Origin: Vicinamibacterales bacterium
GTDB lineage: Bacteria > Acidobacteriota > Vicinamibacteria > Vicinamibacterales > G965249535
Direction: 5' to 3'
Assembly (NCBI GenBank): GCA_965249535.1
Contig: OZ252241.1
Coordinates: 356,673 to 420,672 of the forward strand
DNA length: 64,000 bases
Both the position numbers and the translations under genes were made by a program. This document shows positions 47,731-57,085 of the stretch, one piece after another (positions within the stretch are counted from its first letter, which is position 1; the number at the start of each line of letters is the position of its first letter). Below the pieces are notes generated by a model that did not search any database, had not been told where the DNA came from, and was given only the letters and a program-made list of their open reading frames with translations.

Positions 47731-49410
47731 ATGAGTGCAGTACTTCTCCTAGTAATTGGCCTGGCAGCTCTTCTCGTTGGTTACAAGTTCTACTCCAAAT
47801 TCATCGCAGAAAAAATCTATCAGCTCGATCCGGATTTCGAAACACCATCTCATACCATGAGAGACGATGTCGACTACATTCCAACACACCGCGTCGTGTT
47901 ATGGGGGCACCATTTCACAACTGTAGCCGGTGCTGCGCCAATCATAGGGCCTGGGATTGCCGTGATCTGGGGATGGTTGCCAGCCTTCATCTGGGTCGTC
48001 GTGGGAACGATGTTCTTTGCTGGTGTTCATGATTTTGGATCAATTTGGGCTAGTGTGCGCAACAGGGCACGTTCGATCGGAGCTCTTACCGAGGATGTCG
48101 TAAGTCAACGCGCTCGGACCCTTTTCATGATCGTGATCTTCTTGTTACTCCTTATGGTCAATGCCGTTTTTGGAGTCGTGATTTCAGAAAGTCTGCAGGC
48201 TACTCCGAGTAGCGTTATCCCAACTTGGAGTGCTATAGCAGTGGCCTTGGTTATAGGCGTCTCGATTTATAGGTTGCACCTTCCTCTCTTCTGGCCGACC
48301 GCAATTGGCACCTTAACTCTCTATCTCTTCATCTACATTGGAGAGATTATGCCAATCGAACTTCCGCAACGAGTCCTTGGACTTCAACCAGGAGCTCAGT
48401 GGATCATTATCCTCTTCGGCTATGCAGCCGTAGCTTCATTGCTACCTGTATGGCTGCTTCTCCAACCTCGTGATTACATCAATGGTATTCAACTCTTCAT
48501 TGGTCTTGGCCTCCTTTATGGAACTGTTCTTATCGCGAGCCCAACGATCGTTGCTCCTGCACTCAACCTAAATGTACCGGTAGGTACTCCTCCGTTAGTC
48601 CCTCTATTGTTCGTCACCATCGCTTGTGGTGCGATCTCTGGTTTCCATGGACTCGTGGGTTCTGGGACAACGTCCAAACAACTCAACAAAGAACCCGATG
48701 CGCGCTTCGTGGGTTACTTAGGATCGCTTGGAGAAGGGTGCCTCGCCCTAGTATCAATCATTGTGGCCTGCGCTGGTTTTGCATCGTTGGCCGACTGGGA
48801 AGCGATGTATAGCCAGTTTGGCAATGGTGGAATGCTCGCTTTCGTTCAAGGTGGTGCAACCATTGTAACTGCTGGCTCAGGTCTGTCATTCGGTTTCGCA
48901 ACGACCCTATTGACTGTGATGGCTGTTCTCTTCGCGGCAACCACTATGGACTCAGGCGTCCGGCTACAGCGATATATCATTCAAGAATGGGGTGGAATCT
49001 ACGGGATTCCCGTTCTGCAAAATGGGTACGTCGCAACCGGCCTGGCTGTGGCCACCTGCCTAACTCTCGCTTTTGGAGTTGGAGGTGCTGATGGAAGCGG
49101 TGGTATGCTCATCTGGCCTCTATTTGGTACCACCAATCAACTGCTAGCCGGTCTGACTTTGCTAGTAATCAGTCTGATGTTAGTCAAGCTCGGCCGGCCC
49201 GCACGATACACTCTGATACCGATGGCCTTTGTGACCACGATGGCTTTTCTATCCGCTCTCTATCAGCTTTGGAATCTTTATTCAAATGCGCAATATTTGC
49301 TCTTGTCACTGGATATTCTCATCCTTATTGCAGCGGTCTTTGTAATACTAGAAACAGGTTCTGCGATCGTGAGAGAACGACACTCTCGTCAACAGCCGGT
49401 AACCACATAA
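47731..49410 (+). CDS. cstA: carbon starvation protein A family transporter (CstA)
   Basis: HRVVLWGHHFTTVAGAAPIIGPGIAVIWGWLPAFIWVVVGTMFFAGVHDF is the CstA N-domain signature. 559 aa, polytopic. Confidence 0.9.
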   Translation: MSAVLLLVIGLAALLVGYKFYSKFIAEKIYQLDPDFETPSHTMRDDVDYIPTHRVVLWGHHFTTVAGAAPIIGPGIAVIWGWLPAFIWVVVGTMFFAGVHDFGSIWASVRNRARSIGALTEDVVSQRARTLFMIVIFLLLLMVNAVFGVVISESLQATPSSVIPTWSAIAVALVIGVSIYRLHLPLFWPTAIGTLTLYLFIYIGEIMPIELPQRVLGLQPGAQWIIILFGYAAVASLLPVWLLLQPRDYINGIQLFIGLGLLYGTVLIASPTIVAPALNLNVPVGTPPLVPLLFVTIACGAISGFHGLVGSGTTSKQLNKEPDARFVGYLGSLGEGCLALVSIIVACAGFASLADWEAMYSQFGNGGMLAFVQGGATIVTAGSGLSFGFATTLLTVMAVLFAATTMDSGVRLQRYIIQEWGGIYGIPVLQNGYVATGLAVATCLTLAFGVGGADGSGGMLIWPLFGTTNQLLAGLTLLVISLMLVKLGRPARYTLIPMAFVTTMAFLSALYQLWNLYSNAQYLLLSLDILILIAAVFVILETGSAIVRERHSRQQPVTT

Positions 49411-49411
49411 A

Positions 49412-49723
49412 GTGGATGACAAGAATCTACGATCCTCCAAACGGTACTTGATGGACTTTCCAAATTTCCGGAACAAGCTAAGACTGGCTCTCGACCTGCT
49501 GACTGAGTTCTACCACGCACCTTATCGTGGTGCCATCGCCAGAGCAAAACGTGACGAAGATGATCTTTTCATGCTCTTCGTCTTTTCAGAGATGCTTGGA
49601 GTTTCGAATCCCGTCATTTATTACACGCTCGAACTACAACCAATCCTGATGAACAAGTTCCACGATTGGCATACACGAATGGGAATGAAGCAGTCTCCTC
49701 TCGACAGCTTCAGGTGCTGCTAA
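49412..49723 (+). CDS. small conserved protein ending in Cys-Cys-stop (CstA/ArsA-associated; probably the family PGAP labels cory-CC-star)
   Basis: 103-aa ORF starting 1 nt after the cstA stop (GTG; alternative ATG at 49451) and ending ...SPLDSFRCC* directly before the next gene's start. The family name is from memory and needs an HMM check. Confidence 0.6.
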   Translation: MDDKNLRSSKRYLMDFPNFRNKLRLALDLLTEFYHAPYRGAIARAKRDEDDLFMLFVFSEMLGVSNPVIYYTLELQPILMNKFHDWHTRMGMKQSPLDSFRCC

Positions 49724-50716
49724 TTGTTAGACCTCCTCGATCGTCGCATCATCTTCGTCGGTGGCAAAGGTGGCGTTGGCAAAACCACGACCGCTGCCGC
49801 ACTCGCAGTTTCAACCTCTGAACACGGCCGTAAATGTCTGATAGTTTCAACGGATCCAGCTCATTCCCTAGGTGATATCTTCGGTCAGTCGATTGGTGAT
49901 CGCCAGACACAAGTTACCCATAACCTGTGGGCCCTTGAGATCAACCCAGATACGGAAGCTGCACGTCACACTGCCACTATCAAAGAAACAATGAAGCACC
50001 TTGTTCATCCACGAATGTACGGAGAAATCGATCGACAGCTCGATCTTGTTGCTTATGCACCGGGGGTATCTGAGGCCGCCCTTCTCGAACGAGTGGCAGA
50101 ACTAATGATCGAAGCTGGCACTGGATTCAATCAAGTGATATTTGATACTGCACCAACTGGTCATACCCTGCGCCTTCTTTCACTACCAGAAATGATGACT
50201 GCGTGGACTGAAGGTCTCCTCAGGAACCAGAAACGCTCGAGACGATTCAGTGCAATGTTGAAACACTTGGGTGGTGGGCAGATAAAAGGTGACGAACTTT
50301 CTCTTCTTGATAATGTCGAAGACTATCCTGAGAATGGCCAAGATGCGAAGATTTATAAGATCCTAATGGCCCGCCGGCGAAAGTTTACTCAGGCACGGGA
50401 ACTCTTCTTAGACACTGACGCGACTGCGTTTCTTCTGGTGCTTAATCAAGACAAATTATCAATTCTCGAGAGCAAAAAGGCGATCGGACTGCTTGAACGT
50501 TACAGGGTTCCGATTACGGCGATCGTTGTTAACAGGACCCTACCTCGAGATGTCGACGGAGAATTTATGAAACAACGTCGGCTATTGGAAGAGAAATACA
50601 GAGACGAAATAGATTATGAATTTTCGACGCTCCCTCGCGTCTTCGTACCATTATTCCCACACGATGTGCACGGCACAAAAGTGTTACTGCAGATCGGAAA
50701 GCTTTTGGTTATTTAA
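49724..50716 (+). CDS. ArsA/Get3-family ATPase (single-domain)
   Basis: FVGGKGGVGKTTTAAALA deviant Walker A, STDPAHSLGD, and DTAPTGHTLRLLSLP switch II. The TTG start immediately follows the upstream TAA. Confidence 0.85.
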   Translation: MLDLLDRRIIFVGGKGGVGKTTTAAALAVSTSEHGRKCLIVSTDPAHSLGDIFGQSIGDRQTQVTHNLWALEINPDTEAARHTATIKETMKHLVHPRMYGEIDRQLDLVAYAPGVSEAALLERVAELMIEAGTGFNQVIFDTAPTGHTLRLLSLPEMMTAWTEGLLRNQKRSRRFSAMLKHLGGGQIKGDELSLLDNVEDYPENGQDAKIYKILMARRRKFTQARELFLDTDATAFLLVLNQDKLSILESKKAIGLLERYRVPITAIVVNRTLPRDVDGEFMKQRRLLEEKYRDEIDYEFSTLPRVFVPLFPHDVHGTKVLLQIGKLLVI

Positions 50717-51227
50717 CAACCGATTACTTGTTTGAAATACCATTTAACACTCTCGAATTCTTTTAGGACCAAATGATGAACCTTCTATTCGTCACCATGC
50801 TTTGCTTCGATGCGTACATCCTCGCGTAGCGTTTTACTCTCATTCCCTAACTCCACACTTTTTCGAACTGAGTCTAATGTGAGTACCGCCGGCACACCGT
50901 ATCCGAATCTTAAGAACCTAACTAGTCAGTACTGATTGACAGTCTCCAGGACACCTGTTTCTAGAATCAAAATAGGCCTATAAAAATCGAAGACCTCTGC
51001 TTAGTGAAATCAAACTATCGGTCATTCTTACTCAAAAATTTCTTCCGAAGTACGCAAAAGAACAATGTTGCAACACTAATCCTCGAAGTGTACCTAAAAT
51101 CAACATAGCGACGCGAGAGAACTGAAATAAGTCGCAATTGGCTCAATACAATATCCACAAATTGAGACAAACTGTACTCGTAAGGGGACTTTATAGGTCA
51201 AGGAAGCGCCAATTTCTTGTTCTCCAG

Positions 51228-51255
51228 TTGGCACGAAACATGCATTCTCTATAAT
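51228..51255 (+). promoter_or_regulatory. sigma70-type promoter (TTGGCA-16 nt-TATAAT) upstream of the OMP gene
   Basis: TTGGCA at 51228-51233 and TATAAT at 51250-51255. The ATG is at 51280 and is preceded by AAGGTG. Confidence 0.5.
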
Positions 51256-51279
51256 AGAACAACTTTATAAGGTGTCAGA

Positions 51280-52098
51280 ATGCATTACTATTGTTCGGAT
51301 TGGGGTCCATCAATCGTTAAATACTTTATAGGCACGTTGGTAATCCTCCAATGTGTCCAAACAGTAGGTGCGTCCCCTGGTGATGACAAGTCGGCCGCAA
51401 CTGCTGCCACTAGACAGGCGGTTACCGAACGTGATCCAGACTTTCTCTTCGGTTCACCAAAAGGTTGGATCGGCATTCGCGGAGGACGGTTCTTTTCACG
51501 AGAGGACAGTCAGATCTTTGACTTTACCAGGGACTTGCTAACAGTTGATAAGGGCGATTTCGATTGGCCTATTGTCGGATTCGATTTAGGTCTTACCCTC
51601 AATCCTCAAACCGATGCACTATTTGCCATCGAACTCGGCAAAACTTCGATTGGCTCTGAGTTCCGTGAATTCGTCGACGAATACGATATTGGGATCACGC
51701 AGGTGTCAAGACTGGCTGACATAGAACTCAGTGGAAGTCTCAAACGTTACCTGACGTCTCGTGGGCGTAAGGTGAGCCAGTATGCCTGGATCCCAAGTAC
51801 TCTTATCCCTTACGTGGGAGCCGGTGGTGGATTACTTTGGTACAAATTCAGCCAATCTGGTGATTTTGTCGACTTTAGTGATCTATCGATCTTTACTGAT
51901 GACTTCCAATCGAGTGGGTGGACATTTGGCGCTCATGTCTTTGGTGGTGTTGACATCAAACTCAGTAGAAAGGTATTTCTGACAACACAAGTTCGATACC
52001 GTTGGGCTGCTACCCAGCTTAACCGTGACTTCGTCGGTTTTGATTCTATCGATCTTGATGGAGTCAAGATCACGGCTGGTGTACTTCTATTATTTTAG
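51280..52098 (+). CDS. outer-membrane beta-barrel protein
   Basis: N-terminal signal-like segment, alternating amphipathic beta-strand pattern, and a C-terminal ...GVKITAGVLLLF ending in Phe (OMP sorting signature). Confidence 0.6.
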   Translation: MHYYCSDWGPSIVKYFIGTLVILQCVQTVGASPGDDKSAATAATRQAVTERDPDFLFGSPKGWIGIRGGRFFSREDSQIFDFTRDLLTVDKGDFDWPIVGFDLGLTLNPQTDALFAIELGKTSIGSEFREFVDEYDIGITQVSRLADIELSGSLKRYLTSRGRKVSQYAWIPSTLIPYVGAGGGLLWYKFSQSGDFVDFSDLSIFTDDFQSSGWTFGAHVFGGVDIKLSRKVFLTTQVRYRWAATQLNRDFVGFDSIDLDGVKITAGVLLLF

Positions 52099-52265
52099 GT
52101 ACGTTACGGAAGTGACGTAACCAGACTCAGAACCTGACTGGGTAGAACTCTCTGAGTTGATGCAAGAAGCAACATCGGACAGGTTCGTCGAGCACGAATT
52201 CGTGGTCAGGATAATATAACGACGGTTAATCACTAAGAAAGCCTAAAATCAGAGAGGATGAGCTC

Positions 52266-53642
52266 ATGAAGATTAACTGGAGGTCAAACAACTTCAATTT
52301 TGTGATTTTGTTTAGCTTTATTGTAAGTCTGCTAATTGCTAGGCCTCTGGAAGCATACGAGCACCAAATTGTTCCATCAGTGATCGATAATAGGCAAGAA
52401 ACCGCTGACGCGCGTTGGGTGCCTTGGCTTGGATGTTGGCAGTCTCTTGATGACCAGTTTGGCGCGCTCAAAGCTTCTCGAGAAAATCAACCAGAGCCCA
52501 ACACTGCGGTGGCCAATGGCGTCAAAGACGGGTCCCTTGTTTGTCTTAGTCCTGCCAAACACAATGAAGGGATCGAACTCGAAATCTTGGTGGGCAACCG
52601 AAGCTTCCTCAAGAAAACAATTCGTGCCGATGGACTGCGTCATCGGATAGAGGAATCCGATTGCAGCGGCTGGCAATCCAGCGAATGGTCGAGAAATGGT
52701 TATCGATTCTTTACTAAATCTGAACTTGATTGTGAGGATCTATCTCATCGATCGGTCTCTGGAATTAGTTTCATGAAAAGTCCTAGCATCTGGGTCGACG
52801 TCCAGGTTGTCGAAACGGGTGGCCATCAAGCGCTCACTGTGCATCGGTATCGCCCTGTCTCTAAACAGGGAACAACGGATAGCAGTACGTCGCTCCCTAG
52901 TTCAGGCAACATTCATAGGCTCTACGCGTCCCGTACTGCAATTGCAACTCCATTCACGGTGCCTGAGATACTGGAGGCAAGTGAAAAACTTCCTACGGAG
53001 GGCTTAAAAACTGCCTTAATTGAAACAAATACTACTTTCGATCTTAACAGCAAGACTCTCGTTGAACTCGACGAAGCAGGCGTACCAGAGAGCATCATCG
53101 ATCTCATGGTCGCCACTTCGTTTCCAAACGCATTCGTTGTAGACCACTACCAAGTCTCTAATGATGTACCCTTTAGAACCAGAAGCGACAGATACTTCGG
53201 GGCGTACGGATACCTTCCTTACGATATTTGGTACCCCCACTACTTGGCCCCTTTCGGCTATTCCTATTGGTGGGGTCCCTACCATCCTTTATACGTTGGC
53301 TGGGGTCATAATAGTCATCTTTTTTGGCACAACAACCGTGTCGGGCGCTTGCCCAATCGATACGTAAGGGGTCGTGGCTATCTCCAACGGCAACACGTCA
53401 AAAGTGCTAACTCGACCAGTCGCGTCATTAACGGTAAGGGCTACATGAGCATACGTCGACGCGGTGCCACTTCAGCGGTCGGAGGCACAATCAAACGACG
53501 AGGAACCTCTTCTCCAAACGTGCCAACTGTCAGACCTCGATCCAACTCAACTGGCCGTTCTTCAGGAGCTGGTATGGCTGGCCGAGGTTATTCAAAGGGG
53601 GGGACGGCTTCTGGAAGAGGTGCCAAAGCCCGGAGGCGATAA
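52266..53642 (+). CDS. secreted hypothetical protein with an aromatic/Pro-rich segment and an Arg/Gly/Ser-rich basic tail
   Basis: Signal peptide FNFVILFSFIVSLLIARPLEA. Region YGYLPYDIWYPHYLAPFGYSYWWGPYHPLYVGWGH. The last roughly 90 aa are RG/RS-rich. I recognise no family. Confidence 0.5.
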   Translation: MKINWRSNNFNFVILFSFIVSLLIARPLEAYEHQIVPSVIDNRQETADARWVPWLGCWQSLDDQFGALKASRENQPEPNTAVANGVKDGSLVCLSPAKHNEGIELEILVGNRSFLKKTIRADGLRHRIEESDCSGWQSSEWSRNGYRFFTKSELDCEDLSHRSVSGISFMKSPSIWVDVQVVETGGHQALTVHRYRPVSKQGTTDSSTSLPSSGNIHRLYASRTAIATPFTVPEILEASEKLPTEGLKTALIETNTTFDLNSKTLVELDEAGVPESIIDLMVATSFPNAFVVDHYQVSNDVPFRTRSDRYFGAYGYLPYDIWYPHYLAPFGYSYWWGPYHPLYVGWGHNSHLFWHNNRVGRLPNRYVRGRGYLQRQHVKSANSTSRVINGKGYMSIRRRGATSAVGGTIKRRGTSSPNVPTVRPRSNSTGRSSGAGMAGRGYSKGGTASGRGAKARRR

Positions 53643-53899
53643 TGACGTAATCCGCCTGTTTCCATCTCGCTTATCTTGACCTTGGAGCAACGGCTGACTG
53701 ACGAATTCAACGCCAGTCAGTCGTCGCTTCGACTCTGAATAGGAAAGCGACTGAAAAGCCCAAACACAATGGTGAACTCTTACCTATCGAACTTGCCCTA
53801 GCCGGCATTCTTTAAGACCAATAAGGATATAATACGCGTTAAAGAAGGTCGCCCCTAAAGAGTTGCCGAAGGAAAATACCACCCTATTCTTAGGATTTA

Positions 53900-55171
53900 A
53901 TGCTAGTTAAACTCGCATATGGTCGAAAAGGTCTGACCGTCGATTTTCCAGCCGGACGCACGACGGTAATCGAACCCACTTACACTGTCGGTATCTCCAA
54001 TCAAATGGGAGCCGTTCAGGAATCCATTCGGAACCCTATTGGCACATCTCCTCTCCGATCACTAGTTCGTCCAGACCAGAAAGTTGCGATATCTGTCTGT
54101 GACATAACCAGACCTATGCCTCAACGAGTTGTCCTTCCAGTTCTTTTACAAGAGCTGTCACACATACCAACAGAAAACATTACCTTATTGATTGCAACCG
54201 GTACTCATCGAGGTAACAGCACCGATGAACGACTAGCCATGTTCGGCCGTGAAATTGTGGAACATTACCAGATAGTCAACCATGATGCTTTTGACCGATC
54301 TGGATTAACTTACCTTGGTGAATCTGTTAACGTTCCCGTATGGATAAATAGTCGATGGATCGAGAGTGATGTCCGTATTACGACTGGCTTTGTTGAGCCT
54401 CATTTTTTCGCTGGGTTTAGTGGAGGACCCAAGATGGTTGCACCAGGGCTTGCAGGTTTCGATACGACAATGCATCTTCACAACGCAAAAATGATTGCCC
54501 ATCCGAATGCCACATGGGCCGTAACCGAAGGAAACCCCATCCACGATGCCGTACGACGGATCGCTGAACTAAGCCGCATCGATTTCAGTGTTGACGTTAC
54601 CATCAACCGTGATCATGAATTGACAGGTGTGTTCGCCGGCGAGTTATTCTCAACTCACAGAAGAGCGTGCGCAACCGTGAAGAACTTATCAATGAAGGTC
54701 GTTGATCATCCATTCGACATCGTCGTCACCACCAACAGCGGGTATCCACTAGATCAAAATCTCTACCAAACAGTCAAAGGTATGTCAGCAGCTGCGCAAA
54801 TCGTTAAGGAGGGTGGCGCCATCCTGTGTGCATCCGAATGTTCGGACGGAATTCCTTCTCATGGCGGTTACGAGAGGGTCCTCATGGAAGGCCGTGACCC
54901 GCGGGAACTTTTGAATTTGATCTGTGCTCCCGGCCACAATATCCAAGATCAATGGGAAGTTCAGATCCAGGCACAGATTCAACTGAAGGCAGATGTATGC
55001 CTCAAATCGGACGGCCTAACCCCTGAACAGATTCACGCAGCTCATCTAAGATCAATTAGCGACATCGGCCAGGCAACGAAAGACTATATCGGCAAGTTCG
55101 GTCCAAATGCCAGCGTTTGCGTGCTCCCTCAAGGACCACTCACAATTCCTTATCTCAGCACAACACCCTGA
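53900..55171 (+). CDS. LarA-like (nickel-pincer-dependent lactate racemase family, DUF2088) protein
   Basis: CDITRPMP, ATGTHR, GFVEPHFFAGFSGGPK (equivalent of the NPN-binding Lys region) and TNSGYPLDQNLYQTVKGM closely parallel L. plantarum LarA motifs. Confidence 0.8.
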   Translation: MLVKLAYGRKGLTVDFPAGRTTVIEPTYTVGISNQMGAVQESIRNPIGTSPLRSLVRPDQKVAISVCDITRPMPQRVVLPVLLQELSHIPTENITLLIATGTHRGNSTDERLAMFGREIVEHYQIVNHDAFDRSGLTYLGESVNVPVWINSRWIESDVRITTGFVEPHFFAGFSGGPKMVAPGLAGFDTTMHLHNAKMIAHPNATWAVTEGNPIHDAVRRIAELSRIDFSVDVTINRDHELTGVFAGELFSTHRRACATVKNLSMKVVDHPFDIVVTTNSGYPLDQNLYQTVKGMSAAAQIVKEGGAILCASECSDGIPSHGGYERVLMEGRDPRELLNLICAPGHNIQDQWEVQIQAQIQLKADVCLKSDGLTPEQIHAAHLRSISDIGQATKDYIGKFGPNASVCVLPQGPLTIPYLSTTP

Positions 55172-55208
55172 TGGTTACTTTTCACAGCTTGGCAACCAAG
55201 AATCTCTC

Positions 55209-56927
55209 CTAGTGCTCTTCAGCGTTGATATCTCTGTCATAAACGATCTCACCACCAACGATAGTGTAGACAACTTCCGCAGTGAGGATCTCCTCTTCCG
55301 GCACAGTCATGATGTCCTTAGACAAGACGATGATATCAGCTAGTTTCCCAGGAGTTAACGAACCCTTCATATCTTCTTCAAATGCTGCATAGGCAGCGCT
55401 CAATGTATAAGATCTCAACGCCTCCATTCGACTCATGCGCTGTTTAGGATTAAAAATACTTCCGTCTTTCAGTTTTCGCGTAACACTTGCATAGAAGCTC
55501 GTGATGGGATCGACATCTTCCACTGGAGCGTCAGTGCCATTGATTACTATAGCCCCGGATTGCATTAGTTTCTGCCATACGTATGCACCTTCCAGCGACC
55601 GCTCCGCACCTAATCGATCAGTTACCCACGGACCGTCCGACGTGGCATGACTAGCCTGAATCGAAGCAATCACACCCAACTCTCCGAAGCGTGGAACATC
55701 CTGAGGATGAAGGTGCTGGGCATGCTCGACGCGCCATCGGACGTCACTCTTATCAAGATTTTTAGAAAATACTTCTTCAAAAACATTAAGCACCTCTCTG
55801 TTACCCTTATCACCAATGGCGTGAACACAGAGCTGAAAATTGTGCTCCATTGCTAAGCGGGCCGTTTCAAAAATCTCATCAACAGATGTCGTTGATAATC
55901 CACTACTCTGCGGCAGATCAGTATAAGGTGCCAAAAGCCACGCTCCGTGAGTGCCTAAGGCTCCATCAATTGAACGTTTTATGGCACGCACCGTTAACCG
56001 ATTGTCCCCAAAATTGATGATCCGGTAGTTAGACAACTTCTCAGCTAAGTGTTCGTTTGACTCGCGAAGCATGACCCATAGTCGTACGACAAGACTGCCG
56101 TCTTCAGCCATTCTCTTAAAAAGATCTACCGTAGCAAACGAAGATCCTGCGTCCTGAAAACTCGTTATCCCCTTAGACAGGACTTCTTCAACGGCTAGTT
56201 CTGCCTGTCTTCGGCTATCTGTTGGAATCTCGTCACGTATCGCCTTGACCAGCAGGTCTTCTGCCGTTTCCCGGAACATACCAATCGGGTCCCCGCTGGA
56301 GTCCTTGACAATTTCACCGCCAAACGGGTTCGTTGTTTGGCTATTGATCTTAGCGAGCTCCATTGCCCTCGCATTTGCGAACACAGCATGACCGCTTGCG
56401 TGTTGGAGTATGACCGGGTTATTGGGCGACACCTCGCTAAGAGCTTCGTGTACCGGAAGACCTAGAACGTTTGGACTTGGAATACGATCCCACTTGTTCT
56501 GATGCCAACCTCGTCCCAAAATTAGCGTGTCTGGATTTGCGTCCTTTACTGCTTCTTGAACCATGGCCACGATTTCATTCCAGCTTTGTACGTCCGCTAA
56601 GTTGAGCTGCAGTTTGGCATCACCGATCCCCAAAAAATGTCCGTGCCCCTCGATGAATCCTGGAATGGTCAACCTACCCTCTAGATCCACAACTCTAGTT
56701 TCGGACCCGATATACATATCAATTTCATCGTTAGTCCCAACAGCAACGATACGATCACTCAGAATTGCCATTGCTTGACCTTCAGGATTTAACTCATCAA
56801 CAGTCACAAGTCTGCCGTTCTGAAGCACGAGATCTGCAGGCTCAACAATTGGAGCGCATGCAACCACACAACAAAGCGTGAAGCACCCGAGACATAAAAC
56901 AACTGACCGAAGCTCATCAACTCTCAT
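55209..56927 (-). CDS. Amidohydro_3 / YtcJ-like metal-dependent amidohydrolase, probable lipoprotein
   Basis: Lipobox VVAC. PGFIEGHGHF metal-binding motif, plus HAIGD and EHAQ motifs. Confidence 0.8.
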   Translation of the reverse strand: MRVDELRSVVLCLGCFTLCCVVACAPIVEPADLVLQNGRLVTVDELNPEGQAMAILSDRIVAVGTNDEIDMYIGSETRVVDLEGRLTIPGFIEGHGHFLGIGDAKLQLNLADVQSWNEIVAMVQEAVKDANPDTLILGRGWHQNKWDRIPSPNVLGLPVHEALSEVSPNNPVILQHASGHAVFANARAMELAKINSQTTNPFGGEIVKDSSGDPIGMFRETAEDLLVKAIRDEIPTDSRRQAELAVEEVLSKGITSFQDAGSSFATVDLFKRMAEDGSLVVRLWVMLRESNEHLAEKLSNYRIINFGDNRLTVRAIKRSIDGALGTHGAWLLAPYTDLPQSSGLSTTSVDEIFETARLAMEHNFQLCVHAIGDKGNREVLNVFEEVFSKNLDKSDVRWRVEHAQHLHPQDVPRFGELGVIASIQASHATSDGPWVTDRLGAERSLEGAYVWQKLMQSGAIVINGTDAPVEDVDPITSFYASVTRKLKDGSIFNPKQRMSRMEALRSYTLSAAYAAFEEDMKGSLTPGKLADIIVLSKDIMTVPEEEILTAEVVYTIVGGEIVYDRDINAEEH

Positions 56928-57085
56928 TGCATATGCCTTTTAGCACGCTTGACTATTTCAAACCAAAGAACAACTTAGTCCTCTAACAAAAACAGCCGAT
57001 CAGAATTATCCTCAGACTCTATCAGCTATACGAAATAAAGTTTTCTCTTGGATGTCCGCATCTGATCCGTATTAGACTGAATCCT

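Noticed and set aside
51229-51245. Sigma54-type promoter TGGCACG-N4-ATGCA upstream of the OMP gene
   Set aside because: The GG/GC spacing fits. However, the same bases form a good sigma70 -35 box (TTGGCA) placed 16 nt from a perfect TATAAT, and no enhancer-binding-protein gene is nearby. The sigma70 reading is more parsimonious.
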